Notes: a model not told the origin generated them from the letters alone. A DNA stretch of 64,000 nucleotides from Candidatus Poribacteria bacterium (GCA_965232545.1 OZ246979.1:5734077-5798076), one strand, 5' to 3'; counted from the stretch's first letter, positions 40,438 to 50,684 are shown. Translations and numbers: made by a program.

Positions 40438-41108
40438 AAGAAGCTGGATCTCAGGTAACGATTGCGATGGATGGACCCGCTGGGTCCGGGAAAAGCACCG
40501 TAGCTCGACGCATCGCAGAAAAACTTGGATTGCTTTATCTCGATTCCGGGGCAATGTACCGAGCGGTGACGCTCTTGGCATTACAAGAAGGACTCGCAGC
40601 GGATAGCCCGAAACTCATTGATCGCGTGAAAGCGTGCCATATTGAGTTCACGGATAATGGCAGAACCATTCTACTCGATACCGAGGATGTGTCTGTCCAG
40701 ATTCGAACGCCAGCAGTCAACAGATTGGTCGCTGATGTCGCGAAAATTCCAGAGATTCGTCGTGAAATTGTGAAACATCAACAGCGGATCGGTGCCGAAG
40801 GGAGCATCGTTGCTGAAGGTAGAGATTTAACGACGATCGTCTTTCCGAACGCCGATTTTAAGTTTTATCTTGATGCTTCTGTGACAGAGCGTGCAAAACG
40901 TAGGCTTGCCGATCTCCAAGCACAGAACGAAAAGGCAACGTTAGCCGCGGTTGAGTCAGAGATTTGCGAGCGAGATAAAAAAGATACGACACGAGAACAC
41001 AGTCCACTGCGTGCGGCTGACGATGCGGTTACCGTTGATACGACCGATAAAACGATTGAAGAAGTGGTTGACCTTATTATTGCACACGTGTATCCAAACG
41101 AGCGGTAA
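40434..41108 (+). CDS. cmk: Cytidylate kinase
   Basis: P-loop IAMDGPAGSGKST and a CMP-binding LDSGAMYR block. Confidence 0.9.
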   Translation: MKEAGSQVTIAMDGPAGSGKSTVARRIAEKLGLLYLDSGAMYRAVTLLALQEGLAADSPKLIDRVKACHIEFTDNGRTILLDTEDVSVQIRTPAVNRLVADVAKIPEIRREIVKHQQRIGAEGSIVAEGRDLTTIVFPNADFKFYLDASVTERAKRRLADLQAQNEKATLAAVESEICERDKKDTTREHSPLRAADDAVTVDTTDKTIEEVVDLIIAHVYPNER

Positions 41109-41146
41109 TGGTAAAGTAGGAGGGGGTTGTAGCCTCGATATTTTTT

Positions 41147-41815
41147 ATGTGGTATACCAATAATCAGTTCTGGACACCCCGAGCACTCTACCGATGGGGA
41201 CATCGACTTACAAATCTCTTCTGTAAAACGATGGGACACCTTGATGCGCAAGGCGTTCACCATATTCCGAGAGAGGGTGGGGTGCTCTTCGTCTCAAATC
41301 ACGTCAGTTTTCTTGACCCAGTTATCGTTGGGTCTGCTGCCAACCGTGAGATCCATTATATGGCGAGGAGTAATGCATTCGACATTCCCGGCTTAGGGAA
41401 ACTCATCTCAACCTATAATGCCTATCCCGTCAATAGAGGTGCCCCTGACTTAGGGGCGTTGCGGCGGACTATTTCGCTTTTGAAAGCTGGGAACGCTGTG
41501 CTTATCTTTCCCGAAGGCACTCGTAGCGTAGATGGCACGTTAGGTAAAGCGCGGGACGGGGCATGTTTTATCGCACATCGGGCAGGCGTGCCAACTATTC
41601 CTGTTTTCCACAGCGGCGCGGAGCGGATGTTGCCACGTAACAGTAAACGCTTGCGTCGAGCAAAATTAACTGTCGCGTTCGGTGCTCCTCTTGAACTTAC
41701 TGCCGAAGAATTCGAGACGAAACGCGAGATGTATCAACAGATGGGCAATCAGATGATGGAAGCGATCGTGGATTTACGGGATAATATGTTTAGTTCGTTG
41801 GGTTTGCCAAAATGA
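41147..41815 (+). CDS. plsC: 1-acyl-sn-glycerol-3-phosphate acyltransferase
   Basis: NHVSFLDP (HX4D) and FPEGTRS motifs. Confidence 0.8.
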   Translation: MWYTNNQFWTPRALYRWGHRLTNLFCKTMGHLDAQGVHHIPREGGVLFVSNHVSFLDPVIVGSAANREIHYMARSNAFDIPGLGKLISTYNAYPVNRGAPDLGALRRTISLLKAGNAVLIFPEGTRSVDGTLGKARDGACFIAHRAGVPTIPVFHSGAERMLPRNSKRLRRAKLTVAFGAPLELTAEEFETKREMYQQMGNQMMEAIVDLRDNMFSSLGLPK

Positions 41816-42884
41816 GTAAAACGTCACCCTCTTGAACCTGATAAGTCTTGCCCTCGGCTCTCAGCAAACCTTTACTTCGCGCGTGTGGATAGCTGCCGCA
41901 TGCTATTAAGTCCGCCCAATTAATTGTTTCCGAGCGAATGAAACCTTTTGCGAAATCGGTATGCACGCGCCCCGCAGCCTCGACAGCCGTTTGCCCCTCA
42001 CGCAGTGTCCACGCTCGCGTCTCGACTGGACCGGTTGTAAAGAACGTTAGCAGCCTTAATAACCGGTACGAAGTCTGGATGAACCGCTCTAAAGCGGATT
42101 CCTGCAATCCCATTTCCGCCATGAAAATCTCGGCATCCGTTTTATCGAGTTGTGCCAGTTCCATTTCCAACTGCGCAGCGAGTACAATGACTGCCGTTTG
42201 TGGTTCCGTTTCATATTTAGTGAAGCGTTCAAGAATGTCGTCAGCCGCGTCGAGTTGCGATTCACCGATATTGCAGACTAACAGCAACGGTTTCTGGGTC
42301 AAGAACCCGTAACCGCGTATCAACTTCTCTTCATTGGCAGATAGGTCGAGGATTCGGAGCGGTTTTTCAGCCTCAAGCGTTTTCTGACACGTCTCTAAAA
42401 GTTTGATTTCAGTCTGCTGTTCCGGGAGTTTCTGATTTTGAAATTGTTTGCGGAGTCGGGTAAGTCTACCTTCAACGATTTGTAAATCTGCCAGTGCGAA
42501 CTCAAGGGCGACACTCTCAATATCGCGTTCTGCGTCAACGCTCCCGTCAACGTGTGGAACCGCTTCGTCTTCAAAAAGCCTAACGACATGGGCAAGGGCA
42601 TCGACTGTGCGGAGTTCTGCGATCATGCCAGAATCTAATTCCGCTCGCTCCATCTCTGATTTCGTTACCCCGGCAACGTCTACGTAGTCAATTGTAGCGG
42701 GCGTTGTTTTTGTAGACTCAGATATCTTTGCAATCTGTTCCAGACGTTCGTCTGGGATGTTGGCAGTACTCAGGTTTATTTGCCCGCGGCTGGTGTAGCC
42801 CCCAACTTCTGCATTGGATTGGGCTAAGGTATTAAATACCGTTGTTTTTCCGATCTGTGGTCTGCCTACAATTCCTATTTTCAT
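41790..42884 (-). CDS. ychF: Redox-regulated ribosome-binding ATPase YchF
   Basis: MKIGIVGRPQIGKTTVFN G1 motif, a TGS-like C-terminus, 364 aa. Confidence 0.9.
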   Translation of the reverse strand: MKIGIVGRPQIGKTTVFNTLAQSNAEVGGYTSRGQINLSTANIPDERLEQIAKISESTKTTPATIDYVDVAGVTKSEMERAELDSGMIAELRTVDALAHVVRLFEDEAVPHVDGSVDAERDIESVALEFALADLQIVEGRLTRLRKQFQNQKLPEQQTEIKLLETCQKTLEAEKPLRILDLSANEEKLIRGYGFLTQKPLLLVCNIGESQLDAADDILERFTKYETEPQTAVIVLAAQLEMELAQLDKTDAEIFMAEMGLQESALERFIQTSYRLLRLLTFFTTGPVETRAWTLREGQTAVEAAGRVHTDFAKGFIRSETINWADLIACGSYPHARSKGLLRAEGKTYQVQEGDVLLILANPTN

Positions 42885-42948
42885 CTGTTTTTATCAACCT
42901 ATAGTAGCTTCCGAAAATAAGTTTACATTTTGGTAAACAGGTCCCGCC

Positions 42949-43046
42949 GTTTCGCTGGCGAGGTTTCTAACCTCGCCTCTTTGTAAGTAAGTGCGGGCTT
43001 TACTATATTTGTTTCGCTGGTAAGGTTCTAACTACCTTGATACTCC
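42949..43046 (+). repeat. REP/terminator-like hairpin element, two copies in tandem (second degenerate)
   Basis: GTTTCGCTGGCGAGGTTTCTAACCTCGCCTCTTTG ... GTTTCGCTGGTAAGGTTCTAACTACCTT. Confidence 0.6.
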
Positions 43047-43112
43047 AGAAAATCTGTTGACAAAATCTGCCTTAAGTATTAAGATTAAGTGTTAAATAAG
43101 AAGCCAAACAGT

Positions 43113-43279
43113 AGCCTGCAACAGCGGCGCAGGCGGATATGAGGAACGCGCGAGATAGACATAACGGACGTGCTTCCTCCGCAAGGTATAATTAGAAAGC
43201 CTGCAACAGCGGCGCAGGCGGATATGAGGAACGCGCGAGATAGACATAACGGACGTGCTTCCTCCGCAAGGTATAATTA
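43113..43279 (+). repeat. Tandem duplicated leader module (82 nt x2) ending in CCGCAAGGTATAATTA, immediately upstream of the 43301 gene
   Basis: Unit 1 is 43113-43194, unit 2 is 43198-43279. Contains the palindrome GCCTGC-aacagcggc-GCAGGC. TATAAT at 43272-43277, then AAAAACA, RBS GAGGAGG, and the ATG at 43301. Confidence 0.8.
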
Positions 43280-43300
43280 AAAAACAGAGGAGGATCAAAC

Positions 43301-43690
43301 ATGGCAGCTGAGAGCGGAACGAGGAAGCGGCACATCGTTAAGGTCTTGACGGTTCTCTTAATCCTCACGATATGCCTCGCCGTTTTGCAATGGTTCATCA
43401 TCAAAGAATTATTTAGTTTCGGCGCGGATATGGTGAAAGACGCGTTAATTCGACAAGCCCCTGACGGAGTGGACCGCTATGACATTGAGGCGACCTTTGA
43501 TCGGGTCAAATCCGCCGGGATGCAGTTGCCATTCAGTTTCCTTACCGGAAGAATCAGTCTCCGTAAAATCAGAGCCGTTGGTAGATATGCGATAGAAGCA
43601 AACGCTGATGAATCTTGGGACGCCGATGAGATTAACACGCTCCTGAGGATGATGGACGCTTCTGTCGGAGTTAAAGGAGGAACCGAGTAA
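43301..43690 (+). CDS. Hypothetical membrane-anchored protein
   Basis: 129 aa, single N-terminal TM segment, strong RBS. Confidence 0.5.
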   Translation: MAAESGTRKRHIVKVLTVLLILTICLAVLQWFIIKELFSFGADMVKDALIRQAPDGVDRYDIEATFDRVKSAGMQLPFSFLTGRISLRKIRAVGRYAIEANADESWDADEINTLLRMMDASVGVKGGTE

Positions 43691-43724
43691 CTTGCACTAC
43701 TAACTTGCAAGCGACACGTAAACG

Positions 43725-44483
43725 ATGCGGACACAACTAACTCCCCCTTATGAGAAATTCGCCTACGCCTACGACAGGATGATGACAAACGTCAACTACA
43801 CGCGTTGGACCCATTACATTGAATCGCTTTTCGACAAATATGATTGCAAGCCACACACGGTTCTGGATTTGGCATGTGGCACCTGTGCTTTGACGATAGA
43901 ACTCGCATTGAGAGGCTATGAGATGACTGGGGTAGACCGGGCAGTTGGCATGCTGGACATTGCGAAGGAAAAAGCCGCGGCACACGATATAGACATTGAA
44001 CTCCATGACGGCGACATGCGCGAATTCCAGCTCAACCAACGGTTTGATGCCGTCCTCTGCACCTACGATAGCATTAATTATGCTTACGATGAAACCGAAT
44101 TAAGCAACGTCTTTCAGCGTGTCGCTGAGCATCTCGAACCGGACGGCTTATTTATCTTTGACGTGACAACAGAACGGAATATCGTTGAACATTTCCACAA
44201 CAAAACGTTCGCGTCAAATCATAATGATTATACCTACATCTGGAAAAACAACTACCTCCATCATTCCAAAATGTGCCGAACCGTCCTAACCTTTTTCATC
44301 CGAGAAGGCGATCTGTTTCGTCGTTATGAGGAGGTTCACCAGCAACGAATCTTTGAAGTTAGCACTGTTAATGACTCGCTTAAGAGCTCCGGCTACAAGC
44401 CATTGAGTGCTTACGACATGTACACCTTCAATCGTTGGAACCGCTATTCAGATCGGATTAATTTTACAGCACGTCTGCTCTGA
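43725..44483 (+). CDS. Class I SAM-dependent methyltransferase
   Basis: Motif I VLDLACGTC and a typical Methyltransf_25-like layout. Confidence 0.75.
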   Translation: MRTQLTPPYEKFAYAYDRMMTNVNYTRWTHYIESLFDKYDCKPHTVLDLACGTCALTIELALRGYEMTGVDRAVGMLDIAKEKAAAHDIDIELHDGDMREFQLNQRFDAVLCTYDSINYAYDETELSNVFQRVAEHLEPDGLFIFDVTTERNIVEHFHNKTFASNHNDYTYIWKNNYLHHSKMCRTVLTFFIREGDLFRRYEEVHQQRIFEVSTVNDSLKSSGYKPLSAYDMYTFNRWNRYSDRINFTARLL

Positions 44484-44516
44484 ACATGAGTGGTGTCCAA
44501 AAATGAAGAAACGTTA

Positions 44517-44600
44517 GCATGTAGGGGCAGGTCTTGTGCCTGCCCGCATATTACCGAATATGAGAAAACGCATGTAGGGGCAGGTCTCGTGCCTGCCCGC
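44517..44600. terminator. Pair of tandem GC hairpins between convergent genes (GCATGTAGGGGCAGG-TCTYGTG-CCTGCCCGC x2)
   Basis: Two 31-nt copies at 44517-44547 and 44570-44600, each with a 7-bp GC stem. They share the GTAGGGGCAGG prefix with the REP-like family. Confidence 0.5.
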
Positions 44601-44609
44601 TGTGAACGA

Positions 44610-45662
44610 TTACAACCCTTCCGCAACAAGATCGCCAACTTCCTCAGTCGTGTAGCCCATGCGTCCGGCACCCAGATCTTTGATTTTTCCGCTTGCAAGC
44701 AGATCACTGATAGATGTCTCTACTTTTGTCGCCGCTTCTGCATGCCCAAGATGGTCAAGCATCATGCCAGCCGCGCCTATCGCCGCGATGGGATTAATCT
44801 GATTTTTGCCGGTATAACGTGGGGCGGAGCCGTGAATCGGTTCAAACATAGCGACGCTTTCTGGGTTCAGGTTACCAGAAGCCGCGACCCCCATGCCTCC
44901 CTGAATCATCGCACCGAGATCAGTAATAATGTCTCCAAACATGTTACACGTCACAATGACATCGAACCACTCCGGATTTTTTACCATCCACATTGTTGTC
45001 GCATCAACAAAGGCATATTCCTTCTTAATATCGGGATAATCTTCGCCTACTTCGTCAAAGACCCGTCGCCACAGATCGTGGGCATAGGTGAGGACGTTTG
45101 CTTTGTCGCAGAGCGTCAGCGTATTTTCCTTGTTGCGCTTTTTGGTGAGCTCAAACGCATAGCGGATGCAGCGTTCTACGCCTTTATAAGTATTAATCAT
45201 TTCCTGAATCGCAACTTCATCACGGGTGCCGCGTTTCAGGAAACCACCGATGCCAGCGTATAAGCCTTCGGTATTCTCGCGAACGATGATGAAATCAATT
45301 TCTTCAGGTCCCTTGTCTTTCAGAGGGGTTGGGACACCGGGGTAGAGTTTGACAGGGCGGAGGTTGATATAGAGATCAAGTTCAAACCGGACTTTCAGCA
45401 GGATACCTTTCTCTAAAATACCGGGTTTGACATCGGGGTGCCCGATTGCACCGAGGTAGATAGCATCTAATCCTCGGAGTTCCTCTAAAACTGAATCCGG
45501 CAACACTTCGCCGGTTGCCAGATACCGGTCACCGCCGACATCGTATTCGACTGTCTCGTATTGAATTCCTGCTTGTTCAGCGGCTGCCCCGAAGACTTTC
45601 ATCGCTTCACGCGTCACTTCGGGGCCGATTCCATCGCCAGGGATAAGACCGATTTTGTACAT
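44610..45662 (-). CDS. Isocitrate/isopropylmalate dehydrogenase family protein (tartrate dehydrogenase / D-malate dehydrogenase-like)
   Basis: [21 protein letters not shown] and [11 protein letters not shown] blocks, 350 aa. Confidence 0.7.
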   Translation of the reverse strand: MYKIGLIPGDGIGPEVTREAMKVFGAAAEQAGIQYETVEYDVGGDRYLATGEVLPDSVLEELRGLDAIYLGAIGHPDVKPGILEKGILLKVRFELDLYINLRPVKLYPGVPTPLKDKGPEEIDFIIVRENTEGLYAGIGGFLKRGTRDEVAIQEMINTYKGVERCIRYAFELTKKRNKENTLTLCDKANVLTYAHDLWRRVFDEVGEDYPDIKKEYAFVDATTMWMVKNPEWFDVIVTCNMFGDIITDLGAMIQGGMGVAASGNLNPESVAMFEPIHGSAPRYTGKNQINPIAAIGAAGMMLDHLGHAEAATKVETSISDLLASGKIKDLGAGRMGYTTEEVGDLVAEGL

Positions 45663-45784
45663 AAATTTTCTCCAAGATGTTAGTATGTTAAATAGAACTT
45701 ACGCATGATACGATAAATCGCATCACTACAAACAGAAGTGCCTTTGAAGGACACCGTTTTTCAAAGGGAGCATGGTTCGTAATC

Positions 45785-45832
45785 GCGCAATTCTGCGGCG
45801 TACTCGCCCAAATGCGAAGTGCATTATTGCGC
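45785..45832 (+). repeat. Conserved 31-nt box with covarying closing stem (copy 2 of 2)
   Basis: GCGCAAT-tct-GCGGCGTACTCGCCCAAATGCGAAGTGCATT-ATTGCGC. See copy 1 at 17296-17343. Confidence 0.5.
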
Positions 45833-45908
45833 TTTGCGTAGGTCCTGTTGAATTTTAAACCCTTTATATTCTACCACATCTGGGACGATATTGCAAATTG
45901 GGTGGGAC

Positions 45909-47057
45909 TTACTCATAGGCTTTCACAACAGTGTGTTCCTGCGGTTGGCCATCAATAATTTTCAACACGCGGATACCGGAAGCAGGTTTGACAGGATGAC
46001 GGTTCCCATCAAAACCGGAAATAGTTGTCGCCCCTTGGTAGTCAGTGATAGCAGCAACTGCATCCCGAATCATAACAGGGTCTGTTGATTGGGCGTTTTC
46101 AATCGCTATTGCCAATAACCGCATGGCGTCGTAACCTAATGGCGCGATACCAATCGCCTGATTTTTAAACATTGTTTCATAAGCGTCCGTAAAATCTACA
46201 GCAAGTTCATCCGAGATACTACAATAGTAGGAATTTTCGAGAGGGGTGTTATCCTCTAAAATTTCTAACATCAACGAATCATCCCAACCATCGCTGCCGA
46301 TAAAGATGGACTTAATGCCCATCTCCCGTGCCTGTTTCACTATGATCGGGTTCTCTGGCGGAAAACTTGCGAGAAGCAGGACATCTGGGTTAGCATCTTT
46401 GATGATCCCAAGTTGTCCATCAAACATTGTATCGCCTTGTTCATAGATTTGATTCGCAACAATGCGACCGCCAAGTTCCTTGAAATTCGCATCAAATGCG
46501 TTAACGAAACCTTTAGAGTAGACATCCCCGTTCTGCCAAATCATCGCTGCAGTTTTCTTGCCGAGGTCGTTCACCACAAAACCTGCCATGACTTTTGCTT
46601 GCAAGGCATTTGAATTCGCCACCAGAAAAAGAAAATCTCCCGGATCATTCCCAGTATTCGTCACGTCAGCACCTGTGGCACCCACAATAACAGGGATATT
46701 GATGATCGGTCCAACTTTAACAGCACTACTTGAAAACATCGGACCTAATATAGCGACAACATTTTCCATTTCAGCTAATTCTGTTGCAGAATCAGCAATG
46801 GTTCCTGTTTCTACTTTGTAGATAAGTTCTACCTGTCTCCCAAGAACACCGCCTGCCTTGTTGATTTCGGCTAAGGCGAGTTTTGCACCGTCACCAAAAG
46901 TGGCATAATTTAGCAACGGATGAATCAAACCCACTTTGAGTGTAGGCATTGGTTCTTCAGTTATTCCGGCATCTTCTGTTCTCGCTCCGTCAGGAAGGTA
47001 AGTGACTGAGAGTACGAGTAATACGCATAGTGTTAACCTAAAAATTTTCGGATTCAT
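45909..47057 (-). CDS. ABC transporter substrate-binding protein, branched-chain amino acid (LivK/Peripla_BP_6) type
   Basis: Signal peptide and a type I periplasmic binding fold. No cognate permease or ATPase genes adjacent. Confidence 0.7.
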   Translation of the reverse strand: MNPKIFRLTLCVLLVLSVTYLPDGARTEDAGITEEPMPTLKVGLIHPLLNYATFGDGAKLALAEINKAGGVLGRQVELIYKVETGTIADSATELAEMENVVAILGPMFSSSAVKVGPIINIPVIVGATGADVTNTGNDPGDFLFLVANSNALQAKVMAGFVVNDLGKKTAAMIWQNGDVYSKGFVNAFDANFKELGGRIVANQIYEQGDTMFDGQLGIIKDANPDVLLLASFPPENPIIVKQAREMGIKSIFIGSDGWDDSLMLEILEDNTPLENSYYCSISDELAVDFTDAYETMFKNQAIGIAPLGYDAMRLLAIAIENAQSTDPVMIRDAVAAITDYQGATTISGFDGNRHPVKPASGIRVLKIIDGQPQEHTVVKAYE

Positions 47058-47117
47058 AAACTGCTCCTATGTTTTTAGACCAACGCACCCAGTGCAGGAT
47101 AGTCTAATATTCTGTTT

Positions 47118-47316
47118 GAGGGTTTTCGGTTAGATAATGATGGTTCGATAATCCATCCTAATACTGCTATCGTATCATTCTTCACTCTTCAAAAGTATAA
47201 CAAGCGTAAGAAAATAGTCAAGAAAAAATTAGAGGGTTTTCGGTTAGATAATGATGGTTCGGTAATCCATTCTAATGTTGGTATCGCATCATTGTTCACT
47301 CTTCAAAAGTATAACA
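47118..47316 (+). repeat. Tandem duplicated leader module (about 85 nt x2, 114-bp period) upstream of the PfkB-kinase gene
   Basis: GAGGGTTTTCGGTTAGATAATGATGGTTCG...CACTCTTCAAAAGTATAACA occurs at 47118-47202 and 47232-47316, about 85% identical. Confidence 0.75.
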
Positions 47317-47339
47317 TTAAAAAATACGGATGTGCTATA

Positions 47340-48437
47340 ATGGTTATCCACATTGCAGGGTATGTGAAGCACTGGAGAAACACCTTGATTAGCGAAGCGC
47401 GCCTGAAGACAATTCTCAATCAATTTCAAAATCAACGTATCCTCGTTGTTGGCGATTTTTACCTTGATGCCTACTGGTACATAGACAAAACCCGTTCGAC
47501 ACTATCGTTGGAAACACCGTGGCATACCAATCCCGTCGTTGCGCAGCACTATAGTCCGGGTGCCGCTGGAACTGTCACAAATAACCTGAAGGCGTTAGGC
47601 GTAGGTACGGTCTACACGTTAGGGGTTATCGGTGAAGACGGATTTGGTGGAACGTTGCTGGATTGTCTGCAGACGAACGGGTGCCTGACGGATTTTATGA
47701 TACAGGTGCCGGAATGGGTAACCCCTACGTATCTTAAACCGATGCATCGTGGATATGAGGGCGTGGAGACGGAGGGACCGCGGTTCGATATTGAGAACCA
47801 GTCAGCGATGGATGAGGCGATTGAAACTGATGTTATTGATGCCCTTCAAAATTGTATGCCGCTTGTTGACGGTATCATTGTCGGTGATCAGATGCCAATT
47901 GAGAACTTAGGTGTTGTCACCAACGGGGTGAGAGACGAACTATGCGAGTTGGGAGCGGCATTTCCTGACAAAATCTTTTTCGCTGATGCCCGCACGCGGA
48001 TTGGTAAGTATCGAAACGTTATCATTAAACCGAACCGGTTTGAGGCGAAACGCGCTGTTCAGCCAGAGTGGAATGGACAGCACGTTAGCATTGAAGAGGC
48101 AAGACAATGTGCTGTCGCACTCGCGGAACAAACCCAACGGACGGTATACGTCACCCTCGGTGAAAATGGGATTCTCATCTACCATAGAGGTGAGTTTACA
48201 CATATCCCCGGTGTTTCGATCGATGATGAGATCGATCCTGTTGGGGCGGGTGACAGTGTTTCGGCGGGGCTTGTCGCAACGCTCTGTAGCCTACACGCTT
48301 CACAAGGGGAGGCAACTGTTGAAGCGGCTTATGTCGGCAATTTGGTGGCTTCAATTACCGTTACCAAGATCGGGACCACCGGGACCGCATCGCCAACAGA
48401 AATTCTACAACGCCATCGGGACCACGTGGATCTATGA
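47340..48437 (+). CDS. PfkB-family carbohydrate kinase (RfaE kinase-domain-like)
   Basis: ILVVGDFYLDAYWY N-terminal motif and the DPVGAGDSVSAG PfkB signature. Start taken as the ATG at 47340. Confidence 0.7.
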   Translation: MVIHIAGYVKHWRNTLISEARLKTILNQFQNQRILVVGDFYLDAYWYIDKTRSTLSLETPWHTNPVVAQHYSPGAAGTVTNNLKALGVGTVYTLGVIGEDGFGGTLLDCLQTNGCLTDFMIQVPEWVTPTYLKPMHRGYEGVETEGPRFDIENQSAMDEAIETDVIDALQNCMPLVDGIIVGDQMPIENLGVVTNGVRDELCELGAAFPDKIFFADARTRIGKYRNVIIKPNRFEAKRAVQPEWNGQHVSIEEARQCAVALAEQTQRTVYVTLGENGILIYHRGEFTHIPGVSIDDEIDPVGAGDSVSAGLVATLCSLHASQGEATVEAAYVGNLVASITVTKIGTTGTASPTEILQRHRDHVDL

Positions 48438-49204
48438 ATGTGTTTGACGCAATCACACAGCGACGCAGCCATCGCGGCACGTTTCAGAACCGCGCAATTG
48501 ATGCCGCAGACCTTGAAAAACTCATTGAAGCCGCGCGATGGACACCCTCGCCGTTCAATGTTCAACCTTGGGAACTTGTGCTCGTTCAGGAGGCAGACGG
48601 CAAGACGGCACTCGCCGATGTAACCGAGCGTGCTATCGTTGAACAATTCAAAGATGCCAAGTTTCTTGATGATAATAGCCGTTGGATGCGTCTCACAGAG
48701 ACAGACTTGGAGGAGTTCGGTGATGGCGTGCTACTTACGGACCACGTTACGCTGCCGAAATTACTTCAGGACGCACCAGATGGGTTATTGGAGGGTGTGT
48801 TGAAAAATGCGAAGGCGTTCACACTATTGGGGCATTTAGGGGCAGGGAAGATACCCGCTAAAGAGATCGCGGCACAGGTTCGTGAAGCACCACTACTCAT
48901 CTTGGTTACGATGAATTGCAAGAGATATCCACCTGGGGACGGCGGAACGCGATGGATGTGGTTGAGTATGGGGATGCTAATTCAGAATGTACTCCTCGCT
49001 GCAACTGCTTTAGACATCGGTGTGCAATTTGTCAGTGCACCTCTGGAGCACCCCGAAAATCGTGAACGGGTGCGTCAACTTTTCAATATCCCGACTGCTC
49101 ATGAAGTGATTACGCTGCTGAGGATGGGATATGTGGAGGAGCGTCGTGGGGACTCTGTTCGGTTGCAGTCATCAGAGTTTGTTCACTTTGAAAAGAGAGA
49201 GTAG
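48434..49204 (+). CDS. Nitroreductase family protein
   Basis: RRSHRGTF...ARWTPSPFNVQPWE motif. Overlaps the upstream stop (ATGA). Confidence 0.75.
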   Translation: MNVFDAITQRRSHRGTFQNRAIDAADLEKLIEAARWTPSPFNVQPWELVLVQEADGKTALADVTERAIVEQFKDAKFLDDNSRWMRLTETDLEEFGDGVLLTDHVTLPKLLQDAPDGLLEGVLKNAKAFTLLGHLGAGKIPAKEIAAQVREAPLLILVTMNCKRYPPGDGGTRWMWLSMGMLIQNVLLAATALDIGVQFVSAPLEHPENRERVRQLFNIPTAHEVITLLRMGYVEERRGDSVRLQSSEFVHFEKRE

Positions 49205-49442
49205 GTGGGCACAGCAACCCGCCGTTGCACCGCTGGCGAGGTTTCCTAACCTCGTCGGTTCCAAACTCACATGAGTGTAGGCGGGCACAGCGACCCGCCG
49301 CTATCGAGATGTAGTATATTAAGTGCCGCTGTTCTGTAATAGTTCTTTCAATGCTGCTTTCTTTCTTTTCAGTCGACGTTGTTGGCGTTGGCGGATTTGT
49401 GTCCTACGTCGGACCTGTCCGCTTTTACTCCGTGGCATAATG

Positions 49443-50684
49443 TTACCCCCTTTCTTCGATTGTTTGGGCGAGGTACATGACTGCTGATGTGCACTGTGCT
49501 TCTACCTCTGCCATTGCAATAGTAAGTTCTGCTTTTGAGCGTGCGTGTAACTGCAACCGCTCCTCAGTAACCGTGATGTAGCGTTCATTTTCCGCGTCAA
49601 CAAATTCAACCTGTTCCGCGCTTTCATTCACCAACGCGTAATTGGTGAGTCCCTTTTGTAAGGATGTGTCGTTTGTCCGCGCCTCAAAGCTCTGCTTGAT
49701 TGCCAAGCCGTAGAAGTTTTTATAAAGTGCCCGAGCAGGAAGTTCATCGGGATTCACTGTCGGTGTTACTACCTGTGAGGTAGGTGGGGCAGGGACATTG
49801 ACTGGCTCTGGAAGCAGTGTGGAATCCTCTGCAGGCGAAGGCAAAACCCGTTCGATATCGGTTAACTGCGTATTTACCGAGTCCAAATCCGGTGAAACCG
49901 GTGCTGTTTTGGTAGATTCGGATCCCTCTGCTCTGTGGGGTGCTGGGTTTTGTCCGGTGTCTGAAAAGACGGAAATCGGTTGGGATTTATACGTTTCTGC
50001 GTCTTCGTATTCCAGAACGTTAGAAAAAATTTCTTTGACTTCTTCATGTCTGTCGATAATCATATCCGGTTCTTCCACAAGTATCCGTAGGGTTTCGATA
50101 CCGATGGTTTGGATCATTGGATGGAACGTCAATATTTCCGGTGGAGCGGCTTCAAAAAGTGAGCGGGTAACAAAAGCGACCTCTGCAAGTTCTCGGCTGC
50201 CTGTGAATTTGAGACGTTTTTCACACGCCGTGAGTGCTTGCACTAATTGTTGCATAAAGCCTGGCGTAATAAGATGTGGGAGTACTTCTAACCGAAAATG
50301 TTCGCAAGCACGTTCCGCTTCCGGCAAAGAATTTAGCTCCTCTTCACTGGTGGTTTCTTCTGTTACACTTATTAGATAGGTGGAGTCTTCTTCAGATTCA
50401 TCTGTCCGGATATCCGTCTCGTCTGCTTGGTAATTGTCAAGTACTTCCGTCACCCGGGCATACATCAGTTCAGCATCGAAAAGAATACCTTCAAGTTCAG
50501 GTTCGTCAAGGAGTTTTCGGCTCTGTGAGATACAGGCGTGTAAATGCTCTTCTTCTGACTTTTCATAAGGGAGTCTACGTTGCTTTTCGATAGCAAGTTG
50601 TTTTTGTCTAAATTTCCGGTCGCGGTTTCGTTTCTCGCGCTTCCGAGCCACATTTACGGAGCGGCGTCCTTTTTTCTTTGCCAT
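49443..50684 (-). CDS. Hypothetical protein with highly basic N-terminus and acidic core
   Basis: 413 aa. Starts MAKKKGRRSVNVARKREKRNRDRKFRQKQ. No recognisable domain. Confidence 0.4.
   Translation of the reverse strand: MAKKKGRRSVNVARKREKRNRDRKFRQKQLAIEKQRRLPYEKSEEEHLHACISQSRKLLDEPELEGILFDAELMYARVTEVLDNYQADETDIRTDESEEDSTYLISVTEETTSEEELNSLPEAERACEHFRLEVLPHLITPGFMQQLVQALTACEKRLKFTGSRELAEVAFVTRSLFEAAPPEILTFHPMIQTIGIETLRILVEEPDMIIDRHEEVKEIFSNVLEYEDAETYKSQPISVFSDTGQNPAPHRAEGSESTKTAPVSPDLDSVNTQLTDIERVLPSPAEDSTLLPEPVNVPAPPTSQVVTPTVNPDELPARALYKNFYGLAIKQSFEARTNDTSLQKGLTNYALVNESAEQVEFVDAENERYITVTEERLQLHARSKAELTIAMAEVEAQCTSAVMYLAQTIEERG

Noticed and set aside
43092-43404. Minus-strand ORFs 43092-43298 and 43192-43404
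   Set aside because: Both are generated by the 82-nt tandem repeat; they read the same repeated sequence twice. No RBS or homology support.
47135-47160. tRNA-like T-arm GGTTCGATAATCC in the 47-kb tandem repeat
   Set aside because: It has 2 extra nucleotides relative to the GGTTCGAATCC consensus and no acceptor, D or anticodon arms around it. It also occurs twice because of the duplication.
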